Counted from the stretch's first letter, positions 30,637-40,261 are shown. The stretch is 64,000 bases of DNA from Promethearchaeota archaeon Loki_b31 (GCA_005222975.1 NJBI01000010.1:19921-83920), one strand, 5' to 3'. Numbers and translations: made by a program. Notes: a model not told the origin generated them from the letters alone.

Positions 30637-31518
30637 TCAGAATTCGTAGCCACACTTCTTACATACATTCTTTTTAGCATACATGGGTATATGGCCAACA
30701 TATGACAAGACTTTTGTTTTATCCTCAATTTGCTTGATTTCTCGTCCTACTGATCCGCACATGGGACAAGTTATCCTTTCATCGTTAGCAAAACCACCCG
30801 TGCCCATTTCTGGAGGCTTTAACTCGCCTAATTCGGTTTCAACATCATCTAGATGTGCAGTTTGAGCTTCAATTAGTTTTTCTTTAGCACTTAAATTATT
30901 ACTTAACTCTTGAATACTGGTGTCTTTTTGCAGCAACGTATTGTTTAATTCCATTAATTGTTCGTTTAATTTCGTGTTTTCTTCTTGGGTACTCGTAAGT
31001 TTGCTATTCAATTCTTGAACTTCAGAAGTTAGATTATCAATTTTTTCTTGGCTTTCTGAAGTTGAGCTTTGCAACCCATTTATTTGAGCTTTAGATGCGT
31101 CTAACTCTGAAGATAAACTCGAGATCGTTGCTTCAAATTCTTGCTCTTTACTTTCTAATTTCTCTTCAAGTTCGCTTGCTTTACTATTTATGTTTTCAAG
31201 ATTAGAATTCAAATTATTTACAGTTTGTATTTTATCTTCGAGATTGCTGTTAACTTGTTCTAATATCGATTTAGTTTCATTTAACTCAGTTTTGGTGCTA
31301 TCATGCGTAGATTTAGTACTATTAAGATCAGTTGTAGTAGCCTCGAGTTTTCCCTCAGTAGCTTTAAGGTTACTCTGCGTTCCAGTCAAATCAATTTTAG
31401 TTTCGCTAAGTTGTTTTTCTAAATCGTTAACTTTCGCTCTTAAGTCTAATAAGAACCTTCCTTCTACGGCTTGCTTCTTATCAGGCTTTTCTTCTGCTTT
31501 GGCCCAGTCTATCGACAT
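30637..31518 (-). CDS. Long coiled-coil protein with C-terminal zinc ribbon
   Basis: About 210 aa of heptad repeats, then CPMCG...CKKCGYEF. Confidence 0.85.
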   Translation of the reverse strand: MSIDWAKAEEKPDKKQAVEGRFLLDLRAKVNDLEKQLSETKIDLTGTQSNLKATEGKLEATTTDLNSTKSTHDSTKTELNETKSILEQVNSNLEDKIQTVNNLNSNLENINSKASELEEKLESKEQEFEATISSLSSELDASKAQINGLQSSTSESQEKIDNLTSEVQELNSKLTSTQEENTKLNEQLMELNNTLLQKDTSIQELSNNLSAKEKLIEAQTAHLDDVETELGELKPPEMGTGGFANDERITCPMCGSVGREIKQIEDKTKVLSYVGHIPMYAKKNVCKKCGYEF

Positions 31519-31705
31519 TATTTTTCACTTTATGTGTGAATTTTGATTTTTTTGGTTATTAATTTTTTATATTTATAATTACTATAATAGGTTTGTTTTA
31601 AAAATCTATTTTTATAAAAAAACAATATTTTAAAGTAAAAATTGTGTAAAATTTATTTATTTTACGGTTGTTATATTATAATAATAATAACTTTTCAGAT
31701 TAGAA

Positions 31706-32584
31706 TTGAGCAAAATGGAGAGAGATAATAATTCCAAATTTGAAATGGATTATATATCTACATCTGGAGTTTACAAAACCCCTTTTTCTTTGATTATAAT
31801 AGTACAATTGTTTATAGGGGGTATAGTTTTATTTCTTGTGAACTTATGGTTTATTAATAGTTTACATTATCTTTTAACTGGAAGCGAATTTTATTCTTTT
31901 GGGTTAAAGGCTGAGTGGTATTATTGGTTATTGCTTCCTCTAAATATATATGGAAATATTTTACTATTCACATTTACAATCATATTATTTTCTGCCGGAA
32001 TTTTTAAGCTACTGAACAAACTCTCTCCACCCCGAGAGGGAATTTTTGAGAGAGGAAGTAAGGACTGGAAGTACATGCATAGAAGGTTCTGGGTGGCATA
32101 TTTCCCGATTTGGTTGGCAAGAGCTTTACCATTGCCTTGGGTTGATATTGTTGTTTATCGATTTTTCGGTACTCGGGTTGGAAAAAGCGTAGTTTTATAT
32201 GAAGGGTATGTAGATCCTTTATTTATAGAGATTGGTGATTTTACGATGACTTCATTAAACATTTGTATTTTTTCACATTTAATTTATCAAGATAAAATCT
32301 TAATTAAAAAAGTAAAAATTGGAAAGGCATGCGTTGTAGGACCTCACACAATAGTTTCGCCAGGTACAATCATGCAAGATTTCGCCATATTGGGCGTAAA
32401 TAGTTATACATCGATTGAACAGGAATTAGAAGGTAATTTAATTCACATAGGTACTCCAGTGAGTTTAACATTGCCTATTCAATCAGTCGAAGATTCTCAA
32501 AAAAAAGCGAAAAAAGTTAAACTAGGGTCTTCAAATGCCGAAGTGAATCAAAATGAAAACGATCTAAATTTAAAAGAGGAGTGA
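31706..32584 (+). CDS. Membrane-anchored left-handed beta-helix acyltransferase-like protein
   Basis: Two TM segments, then YRFFGTRVGK...VKIGKACVVGPHTIVSPGT hexapeptide repeats. Confidence 0.8.
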   Translation: MSKMERDNNSKFEMDYISTSGVYKTPFSLIIIVQLFIGGIVLFLVNLWFINSLHYLLTGSEFYSFGLKAEWYYWLLLPLNIYGNILLFTFTIILFSAGIFKLLNKLSPPREGIFERGSKDWKYMHRRFWVAYFPIWLARALPLPWVDIVVYRFFGTRVGKSVVLYEGYVDPLFIEIGDFTMTSLNICIFSHLIYQDKILIKKVKIGKACVVGPHTIVSPGTIMQDFAILGVNSYTSIEQELEGNLIHIGTPVSLTLPIQSVEDSQKKAKKVKLGSSNAEVNQNENDLNLKEE

Positions 32585-32587
32585 AAA

Positions 32588-33325
32588 TTGTTTCAACCTG
32601 TTAGCTTAAAGGGAGATTCACCATCACCTATAGACGAGAGAATTAGAAGTAAATACCTAATTTTATATATTGGAATAATTATTCTTAGCCTTGTTCCCTT
32701 CTCTATTTTTGAATATTCGTATGTTATTTATTTTTGGAACAAGATGGGTTATTGGTTATTCTTTATATTATTGCCGCTTAATGTTTTAGCCGCGATCTAC
32801 ATAATTCAATTTAGTGCGACTTTAATATCAGTTTTAATTTTGAAAATAGTTAACCTCCTACATGTTCCAAAAGAAGGTAACTTCAAACGATCTTTAGAAG
32901 ATCGGGATTATCTCTTTTGGAATATACGAAATTTTGTTAAAAAATGTCCGTTATATGTTGCAGCTTCAAATCCGTTTCCATGGTTTAAAAATCGGTTCAC
33001 TTTAAGGTTTTTTGGTGTAAAAATCGGGAAAAAAACAATTTGTGATAATAGTTGGATTTCTTCGGAATTCGTATCAATTGGAGCGAATGTTATAATAGGA
33101 ATGAATTCTACGATCTTGAGTTTTGGTATTGAACAAGATAATTTCATTTTAAGAAAAATAAGAGTGGAAAGCGATGCTCTTATCGGAGCCAAATGCGTTC
33201 TTCTGCCTGGTACGGTTATGGAACAAAACTCGAAACTTTCAGCTCATTCGTATACAAGTTACGACCAGATTCTAAAAGATAATTCAATTTATTTAGGTCA
33301 TCCAGCAAAATTAAAAACTACTTAA
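32588..33325 (+). CDS. Membrane-anchored left-handed beta-helix acyltransferase-like protein (paralog)
   Basis: Two TM segments, then LRFFGVKIGK...IGAKCVLLPGT...YLGHPAK. Confidence 0.8.
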   Translation: MFQPVSLKGDSPSPIDERIRSKYLILYIGIIILSLVPFSIFEYSYVIYFWNKMGYWLFFILLPLNVLAAIYIIQFSATLISVLILKIVNLLHVPKEGNFKRSLEDRDYLFWNIRNFVKKCPLYVAASNPFPWFKNRFTLRFFGVKIGKKTICDNSWISSEFVSIGANVIIGMNSTILSFGIEQDNFILRKIRVESDALIGAKCVLLPGTVMEQNSKLSAHSYTSYDQILKDNSIYLGHPAKLKTT

Positions 33326-33329
33326 AAAT

Positions 33330-34928
33330 ATGATCTCCGAAAAAAGCTTTAGAATTAATCCAAAGGAGAAGTTAGAGTCGAAAAAAAGACTTGTGATCAT
33401 ATCTGATACTCATATTACTCGATCGGGTGGCGCATTTAACCTTCACGCCTTTAATGTTGGAATGGAAAAAATAAATAAAATTAAAGACGCGTCTATTTAC
33501 TTGCATTTAGGAGATATTACTCACATGGGAACATTATTGGAATACGAGTATGCGTTAGAGCAATTTGAAAAGTTCCAACCTTTATCCAAAAGTCCAAAAA
33601 TGATATTTTTAATAGGAAACCACGACGCAATGAATGTAGGGTATTTGTTATTTGAAGAACTGGTCGGAACCAGACATTATACCTATGAAGATGACGATCT
33701 TTATATATATGGGATAGATAGTACAAAACCCGATTTACCTGGTGGAATAATTCATCATAGTATAATCGAATCAGTTAGAAAAAAGTTAGAAAAACCTGAA
33801 AGAGAAAATAAATTTAAGGTTGTATGTTTTCATCATCAATTAATACCGATTCCTAACACAGGAAAAGAACGATCAGCGATAGATGATTCAGGAGATATGC
33901 TTAAGATGCTTTTAGAGGCAAAAGCAGATTTAGTTTTAAATGGGCATCGACATTTTTCTAATTTATATACTGTGAGTAGCAGTGAGAAAGATTTATTTGT
34001 TTTTAATGCAGGAACTTTTTGCTGTAACAAAACGAGGTATCGTGAATTATTTACTTATTCAATCATAGATATTGATGGCAACAATCTTAATTTTAAAGTG
34101 ATTCCCGTATTAGATTCAAATTCTCAACGAGAAATTCTACGCGAAGTTAACTATTATATTCCATTACAGATAGATAAAAAACAAAAACCTATTGCTAGAT
34201 TTATTCAAATATCAAATTCGTTAGTTTCAGAACGATTTGAGAGTAATTTCAATAATTTTGATAAAGCAATTGAAAAAATTAATAAAATTGGCGAAGTTGA
34301 TTTAGTTGTTCATGCGGGTAATCTTACTAAGAATAGCTTTAAAGAAGAGTTTCAAATAGCTAAGGATAAACTAAATCAATTAAAGCATCCTTATTTGGCC
34401 GTTCCGGGATATACTGATTCAAAACCTCTTGCTTGGGAATACTGGAAACATTACTTTGGAGAATTTGATCCGCTGTATGAAAATGACAATATATATTTTC
34501 AGGGTATGAACTCTACGACTTTAGATTCGAAAGAAGGATTTATTGGTCGAAAAAAATTGAATAAGTTCATCGAAAAAGTGTTGTCGCTTAGTCATCAGAA
34601 AATTTTTGGAGTTTGTTGTTTTCACAACTTAATACCTACTCCTTTAAGCGTGTGGAGGACGGAATTAATTGATTCTGGAGATGTTCTTTCTCAATTTGCC
34701 AGATCACAAATTGATTTGGTTTTAAATTCTTCGCCGAGCATTTCATTTAACATTAAAATTGAGAATACAGTCTTTTCAAATGGTGGAAACCTTGAAGGTA
34801 AATATTTTGAGGAAGTTTTTATTGAAATTGAAATTTATAAGAAAGGACTAGTTGTATTGAAAGAACATAACTTACAAACGGGAGAGATAAAGGTTATTGG
34901 AAACTATTACCTATCTATTTTAATTTAA
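33330..34928 (+). CDS. Tandem calcineurin-like metallophosphoesterase (second domain degenerate)
   Basis: Domain 1 has DTH, GD, GNHD, HH and GHRH. Domain 2 has SNS, GN, GYTD, HN and SSPS at the equivalent positions. Confidence 0.88.
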   Translation: MISEKSFRINPKEKLESKKRLVIISDTHITRSGGAFNLHAFNVGMEKINKIKDASIYLHLGDITHMGTLLEYEYALEQFEKFQPLSKSPKMIFLIGNHDAMNVGYLLFEELVGTRHYTYEDDDLYIYGIDSTKPDLPGGIIHHSIIESVRKKLEKPERENKFKVVCFHHQLIPIPNTGKERSAIDDSGDMLKMLLEAKADLVLNGHRHFSNLYTVSSSEKDLFVFNAGTFCCNKTRYRELFTYSIIDIDGNNLNFKVIPVLDSNSQREILREVNYYIPLQIDKKQKPIARFIQISNSLVSERFESNFNNFDKAIEKINKIGEVDLVVHAGNLTKNSFKEEFQIAKDKLNQLKHPYLAVPGYTDSKPLAWEYWKHYFGEFDPLYENDNIYFQGMNSTTLDSKEGFIGRKKLNKFIEKVLSLSHQKIFGVCCFHNLIPTPLSVWRTELIDSGDVLSQFARSQIDLVLNSSPSISFNIKIENTVFSNGGNLEGKYFEEVFIEIEIYKKGLVVLKEHNLQTGEIKVIGNYYLSILI

Positions 34929-34946
34929 AAGAGAATTAGGAATATC

Positions 34947-36167
34947 ATGGAAAAAAACCTTATTCTAGAGCAGTACAACTTAATACTAATAAGATACGCT
35001 GAGGTTTGGCTGAAATCGCAAAAAGTAAAAATCCGTATGCTCAAATTCTTAATGAATAATATAAAAAATATGCTCAAGAGAAAAGGAATTCACTTTAATA
35101 AGTATCAATTAAGCAAGGATTCCTCCAGAGTATTATTCTTTTTTAACAATAAAGATATTCCTAATGCTATCGAGGTATTAAAAAACGCTTTTGGAGTGCA
35201 TTCACTCAGTCCGGCAATTAGAACTTCGAATAGTCTTAAAAACATTACTGAAAGAACGATAGAATTAGCTAAAGAAATTTTGGAAAAGGGCGATTCTTTT
35301 GCGCTCAGAGTTAGAAGATCTGGAAAACATGACTATACCTCAATGGAAGTGGCTAAAATCGTGGGTAAAGCCGTCATTGACAATCTCTCGAATCATAACT
35401 TAAAAGTAAATCTAACTCACCCAAAGAAACAAATTTTTGTTGAAATAAGGCAAGACTTTTCATACATATTTTCTCAAGTAATTAAGAGCAAATGGGGGGG
35501 CTTGCCAATTGAACCTGTAAAAAAGATATTAGTAATGGATGTCGGCAGGTTAAACGATTTAATAGCTGGTTTTTTATTAATGAGAAGAGGCTCTGAAATT
35601 TATCCTGTATTGTTTGATATTACAGAAGATAAAGCACTGAACGATATCTGGATATCGAATTGGAAAGAAGTAACGGATTACATACCTTTTAACCAGTTCA
35701 GATTAATAAAAGTTAATTTATATAACATTTTAAAAAAACTCAGCTCAGAATTAAGCGATATTCAGTACTTTTGCGGTATATGTAGATTAATTAGATTTGA
35801 TTTATTATCAAGAATTCTTACGGTTTCCAATTTTTCTTTTTACGAAAAAATTAGGGCAATAACAGACGGAACTAGTTTGAGCTGCTCGAGCATTTGTTCA
35901 GATTCAGTAGATTTAGATTCCATAGTACTTAATCACCTTATTTCTAAATTTCCTATTTTTACGCCGTTAATAGGTTTTGGAAAAGATAGTATTCAAAATC
36001 TAGCTTTTAAAATATCAAAAAAGTTTAAACCTATTGAGTATTGCCCATATAAACCAAAAGATCAAGAATTTGACGCTGAGAAATTAAAGAAAATATACGG
36101 TAATTTAAATCTTGATAAAATTCTTGAAGAAAGCGTTGAAAAAATTGTAGAAATAAAAATTTTTTAA
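34947..36167 (+). CDS. THUMP-domain ThiI-like protein with degenerate PP-loop
   Basis: IRYAEVWLKS, THUMP domain (FALRVRRSGKHDYTS, VNLTHP) and GGLP. DVGRLND replaces SGGIDS; CGIC is retained. Confidence 0.8.
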   Translation: MEKNLILEQYNLILIRYAEVWLKSQKVKIRMLKFLMNNIKNMLKRKGIHFNKYQLSKDSSRVLFFFNNKDIPNAIEVLKNAFGVHSLSPAIRTSNSLKNITERTIELAKEILEKGDSFALRVRRSGKHDYTSMEVAKIVGKAVIDNLSNHNLKVNLTHPKKQIFVEIRQDFSYIFSQVIKSKWGGLPIEPVKKILVMDVGRLNDLIAGFLLMRRGSEIYPVLFDITEDKALNDIWISNWKEVTDYIPFNQFRLIKVNLYNILKKLSSELSDIQYFCGICRLIRFDLLSRILTVSNFSFYEKIRAITDGTSLSCSSICSDSVDLDSIVLNHLISKFPIFTPLIGFGKDSIQNLAFKISKKFKPIEYCPYKPKDQEFDAEKLKKIYGNLNLDKILEESVEKIVEIKIF

Positions 36168-36320
36168 ATTACAAAAAACAAAAGCTCTTGAATTTTTGAA
36201 CCTATTATTTTTCATTATGATTAAGCTTAAAAATAAATTAAATTTATTAAAATTGAATCAAATTTAGGATTGGATTTTATCTAATCTTTTAACTTTTCAA
36301 TTATATGGGGTCAAAATATT

Positions 36321-36602
36321 ATGGTTAAAGTTGATCTAAATTTATTGAACATATTTGTATTGAAGGTTAAAAAAAATACTATTCAATACGAAGGAAACAC
36401 CGTCGGTGATATTATAACTCAATTTCTTAAAGAGCATAAAAACCTATTAGATGATAGCATCCTATCCAAAAATAAGAAGAAATTAAATCCACTAATGATC
36501 ATTTTACTCAACGGCAGAAACATCACTTACATGAAAAATTATAAAACGAAACTAAAAGAAGGAGACCAACTTTACATATCGTTCCCAATTTCGGGAGGGT
36601 AA
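36321..36602 (+). CDS. Ubiquitin-like sulfur carrier (MoaD/ThiS/SAMP family)
   Basis: ILLNGRNI...LKEGD...PISGG with a C-terminal diglycine. Confidence 0.9.
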   Translation: MVKVDLNLLNIFVLKVKKNTIQYEGNTVGDIITQFLKEHKNLLDDSILSKNKKKLNPLMIILLNGRNITYMKNYKTKLKEGDQLYISFPISGG

Positions 36603-36725
36603 TTCTTTTTTTTTTTAATCAAAATTTTTACAATAAAAAGTAAGTATTTATTAGTTTCTTCTGCTATAAATATTTTGTAGAGTTACTTCCGTAATTTTCA
36701 ATAAAATGCCCAATGAACGATTATT

Positions 36726-37658
36726 ATGAAAAAAATTAGTTTTATAGGACTTGATAATGCAGGTAAGACTAGTATTATCACTGTAATTACTAAAAGATTC
36801 GGTTTCGAAGAAGAGATTTCGAAATTGATGCCTACAAGAAAAATCGCACGTGATGCTTTCAAATTTTTAGGTGTTGAATTCATAAGAATGGATTTTGGGG
36901 GGCAATTACAATACAGAGAAGAATATTTGAAGAACCCAACTAAATACATTAGCGGAACCGACTTAATATTTTATGTCATAGATGCGCAAGATTACGACCG
37001 TTATGTTGAGACAATAGATTACCTTGACAAAGTTTTACTCTTCCTAAAAGAAGAACAAGACTACCCTCCAATGTGTATTCTTTTTCATAAATTCGATCCG
37101 CAACTTACTAAAGAAAAGGTAATAAACCAGAGAATTTTAACTATTAAACAAGCATTAACCCGATATTCAAATGATTTTGATATCTTTTTCTTTGAGACTT
37201 CAATATACGATATTAAATCAATAATGGATGCTTTTTCAAGCGGGTTATCGTTATTATTTGAAAAAATGGAAATGGTATCTCAATTATTTGCTGAGATGAG
37301 TAAAAATTACAATTCGATTATGATCGCATTATTTGACCCTAAAGGAATAACAATTGGGGAGTATTATCGGCCGCATTTACATTTATTGGAAAAAATGCGG
37401 ATTTACAATAAATATATAGATGCTCAAAAAAAAATAATAGCAGAAAACCGGACGCTATTAGAATTCTCAGACAAGTTTGAAAATGGCGATAGATATTCTG
37501 GATTGGTAGAAGTATTAAAGTTTGGGAACTTGGACTTCTATTTACTATTCATTATTGAAGAGGACGAACAGAATTTAGGAAATACTGTAGAAATGTTAAA
37601 TAAAATAGAATCCGCGAAACCACAAATGGAAAATATAATTCTCCAATTAATACAGTAA
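36726..37658 (+). CDS. Arf/Rag-like small GTPase with C-terminal roadblock/longin-like domain
   Basis: GLDNAGKTS, PT, DFGGQ, HKFD and TSI motifs; C-terminal IALFDPKGITIGEY alpha/beta domain. Confidence 0.87.
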   Translation: MKKISFIGLDNAGKTSIITVITKRFGFEEEISKLMPTRKIARDAFKFLGVEFIRMDFGGQLQYREEYLKNPTKYISGTDLIFYVIDAQDYDRYVETIDYLDKVLLFLKEEQDYPPMCILFHKFDPQLTKEKVINQRILTIKQALTRYSNDFDIFFFETSIYDIKSIMDAFSSGLSLLFEKMEMVSQLFAEMSKNYNSIMIALFDPKGITIGEYYRPHLHLLEKMRIYNKYIDAQKKIIAENRTLLEFSDKFENGDRYSGLVEVLKFGNLDFYLLFIIEEDEQNLGNTVEMLNKIESAKPQMENIILQLIQ

Positions 37659-37669
37659 AAGAGAAAGGT

Positions 37670-38746
37670 CTATTTAATTTTAAAAGTTTTAATAAAATCT
37701 TCCATTTCTTTCTTAGTTGGAATTAACTGATTAGTAATTTTATAAATCGCCGTATAAGTTGCAAATTCTATGCATTTGCTTAGAATATCTCTTAATTTTT
37801 CGAGATTCTCATCTTTATTTAATTGATCGAGCATTTCTTTATCTTTAACTAATTCAAATAATTTCGTCAAAAACCCCGCTGCAAAACAATCTCCTGCCCC
37901 CGTTCGATCGACAACTTCTTCAACTTCTATTCCGGGAAAAAAGATTTCAAAATTATCAGTTCTTGTAAAAGAACCTCCTTTTCCAGCCGTGTAAATTCGA
38001 ATTTTTGCGTATTTTTTAAATTTTTCATCGACCTGATCGATTGAAAAAGTCCCATTTAATATAGAGTAAGCATCCTTTAAGTTTAAAAAAAATAAATCAA
38101 ACTTTTGCTTGATTAATCCATCAAGTTGTTCGATTGATTGAACTTTTTGAGTCTCTATATTAAAAGCGGTTATCAAGCCCAATTTAGAACCATTTTCAAA
38201 CAATTTAATAAACTTTTTCGCAATAGGTGTTGAATATAATATTTTTGCATTCAAAAAAGCATCATCTTCTATTTCTATTCCTTCGAAGTTCATTCTGTTT
38301 TTTAAATTAGGAGCTAAATGGATTTTTGTTGTAAAGTCTGATTTTATAATAGTACTAACTGGTGTAATCTCATCTATTTGAAAAATATCATCGGTGTTTA
38401 TGCTTAGTTCATTTAGTTCTGTAATCATCCATTCACTTCCTCTTCCAATTACACTAATTAATTTAGTGAAAACTCCAAGTTTTGCGATAAATTCAGCTGA
38501 ATTGTTACCATTCCCCCCTCTCTTAAAGTAACAATGCCCCACTATTTTTTTGGGTGTTTCTGAGAACCCTTTTTTAACTATTTTTTCAAATAATTTTCTA
38601 TTAAGATCATCTGGGTTGAATTTGATAAAATCAATTATATTCGTTACTATTTTTTGAACTAATTGCCAATAGAAATCGCTTTCATAGTATAAATCTTGAT
38701 GTAATTCTCCTACAACAACAATATTCTTATTCAATTTGTTTTTCAC
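37670..38746 (-). CDS. PfkB-family carbohydrate kinase
   Basis: GGNGNNSA and VVDRTGAGDCFAAGF motifs. Confidence 0.9.
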   Translation of the reverse strand: MKNKLNKNIVVVGELHQDLYYESDFYWQLVQKIVTNIIDFIKFNPDDLNRKLFEKIVKKGFSETPKKIVGHCYFKRGGNGNNSAEFIAKLGVFTKLISVIGRGSEWMITELNELSINTDDIFQIDEITPVSTIIKSDFTTKIHLAPNLKNRMNFEGIEIEDDAFLNAKILYSTPIAKKFIKLFENGSKLGLITAFNIETQKVQSIEQLDGLIKQKFDLFFLNLKDAYSILNGTFSIDQVDEKFKKYAKIRIYTAGKGGSFTRTDNFEIFFPGIEVEEVVDRTGAGDCFAAGFLTKLFELVKDKEMLDQLNKDENLEKLRDILSKCIEFATYTAIYKITNQLIPTKKEMEDFIKTFKIK

Positions 38747-38763
38747 CCTAAAAAAATAATAAA

Positions 38764-38867
38764 CGCAGATGGAGGGACTCGAACCCCCGAACGCTTACGC
38801 GCACCGGCTTTTATGGTAATAGTGCATTACTCTCGAAGCCGGCGTCTTACCACTGGACCACATCTGC
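38764..38867 (-). tRNA. tRNA-Ser(CGA) with 22-nt intron at position 37/38 (intron 38810-38831)
   Basis: Acceptor stem GCAGATG/CATCTGC, anticodon stem CCGGC/GCCGG with TT-CGA-G, long variable arm, GGTTCGAGTCC T-arm and G discriminator; CCA is not encoded. Confidence 0.93.
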
Positions 38868-39000
38868 TTTAAATTATATGCTTTATTAGGATTAGTCGTA
38901 AAAAATATAAATTATTTTCTAATAACATTTTGTTTGGATTGAATAAAAGTAAGTAAAGTAAATTAAAAAAATTAGTAGCTGAAATAATATAAATCAGAGA

Positions 39001-39300
39001 TTAAGATTTAGGAACATAAATCTTTAATTTTAATGAAGGATCTAATAATTTTATTAAGCCTTCTTCTTCGTATTGCTTTAATAGCAGATTTACAGTTGAT
39101 ATTCTTAAATCATACTTTAGAGCTAAATCAGACGCTAAAATTGATTTCCGTTTCGAAAGTGATTCTCTAATTTCCTTTTCTATTGAATTAGGTATAAAAG
39201 CATCTCTTTCTACAATAGTGATTTGTTTTGATCTTCCGTATTTTCTACGCAAATTTAAAGTTGCTTTTCTGACCACTAACTTTTCTTCCTTTTCAGACAA
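39001..39300 (-). CDS. rps25e: Ribosomal protein eS25-like
   Basis: Basic N-terminus plus winged helix ILASDLALKYDLRISTVNLLLKQYEEEGLI...KIY. Start taken as TTG 39300 after GTGAT; the track start at 39330 is an alternative. Confidence 0.72.
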   Translation of the reverse strand: MSEKEEKLVVRKATLNLRRKYGRSKQITIVERDAFIPNSIEKEIRESLSKRKSILASDLALKYDLRISTVNLLLKQYEEEGLIKLLDPSLKLKIYVPKS

Positions 39301-39451
39301 TAGTATCACATTAAAAAATTGAAATGTCAAAAATTAAAGATAATTAAAATATTAAATATTTAAATTCTAATAAAATTTTTGATTTATAAACTGATTTAAG
39401 AAAGCTTTTTCCGTATCAAATAGCGAAGCAAATTAGATAGGCATACTCAAT

Positions 39452-40084
39452 TTGAGCGATGATTATTTTTTTAATATCAAACGTAAAAGACCAGAGGAAT
39501 TATATAAGAGCGCATTAGAATATTTTAAGAAGGATACTCTTTCTAGTTATGCCAAGTCTAAATCCATAATGCGTACACAAAGAAAAATTACATTGAGAGC
39601 ATTAGAAATAATGGAACTTAAAGAGAACCATTGTTTAATACTTGATGCTGGTTGTGGTCCTGGATTTGTGGCGATTTACCTGAATGAATTAGGACACACG
39701 ACAATAGCACTTGACATCATTTCAGATTTTCTCAATTTTTACGATATTAAAGATTTAAATCCCATTCTTGCTGATATGTGTTATCCTCCATTTCAACCAA
39801 GCATTTTCGACGCAATTATTTCCATTTCTGCTTTGCAATGGATCTACAAAGATTCAAATTTAGAAAAAAAGCGTTTAGATTTAATTGGTCTTTTTAAATC
39901 GTTTTATAGCATTCTGAAGCCTAACGGGAAAGCAGTTTTTCAATTTTATCCAAAAAATAAAATAATATTGGATGACATTGGAGATATTATTGCTGAGAAT
40001 ACAAAATTTAAGGGAAATTTCATTATTGATAACCCAAATAATCCAAAAAAAAGAAAAATCTTCTTAATCCTAAAAAAGGAGTAG
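39452..40084 (+). CDS. Bud23/WBSCR22-like SAM-dependent rRNA methyltransferase
   Basis: RPEE, Q..ITLRALE, LDAGCGPG, FDAIISISALQW, VFQFYPKN and IDNPNNPKKRKIFLIL match the blocks characteristic of eukaryotic Bud23. Confidence 0.85.
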   Translation: MSDDYFFNIKRKRPEELYKSALEYFKKDTLSSYAKSKSIMRTQRKITLRALEIMELKENHCLILDAGCGPGFVAIYLNELGHTTIALDIISDFLNFYDIKDLNPILADMCYPPFQPSIFDAIISISALQWIYKDSNLEKKRLDLIGLFKSFYSILKPNGKAVFQFYPKNKIILDDIGDIIAENTKFKGNFIIDNPNNPKKRKIFLILKKE

Positions 40085-40137
40085 CCATAAAATATAGTTA
40101 AAATTCTTTTGAATTTTTGATTTTCTTCCTTTTTCTA

Positions 40138-40185
40138 AACATAAGATTATAAGAACATAAGATTATAAGAACATAATATTATAAT
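40138..40185 (+). repeat. 16-bp tandem repeat, 3 copies
   Basis: AACATAAGATTATAAG twice, followed by AACATAATATTATAAT. Confidence 0.85.
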
Positions 40186-40261
40186 TTTATAAATTTGTTA
40201 AAAAAAAAGATGAAAAAGCATCATTGGAAAAAAGGAAAAATGAAGAAGGTGTAATTTAGAA

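Noticed and set aside
38764-38867. tRNA-Sec, or a tRNA-anchored integrated element
   Set aside because: The anticodon is CGA with a normal 7-bp acceptor stem. No integrase or duplicated tRNA 3' end is seen.
40138-40185. Tandem repeat as a CRISPR array
   Set aside because: No spacers, a 16-bp unit and no cas genes.
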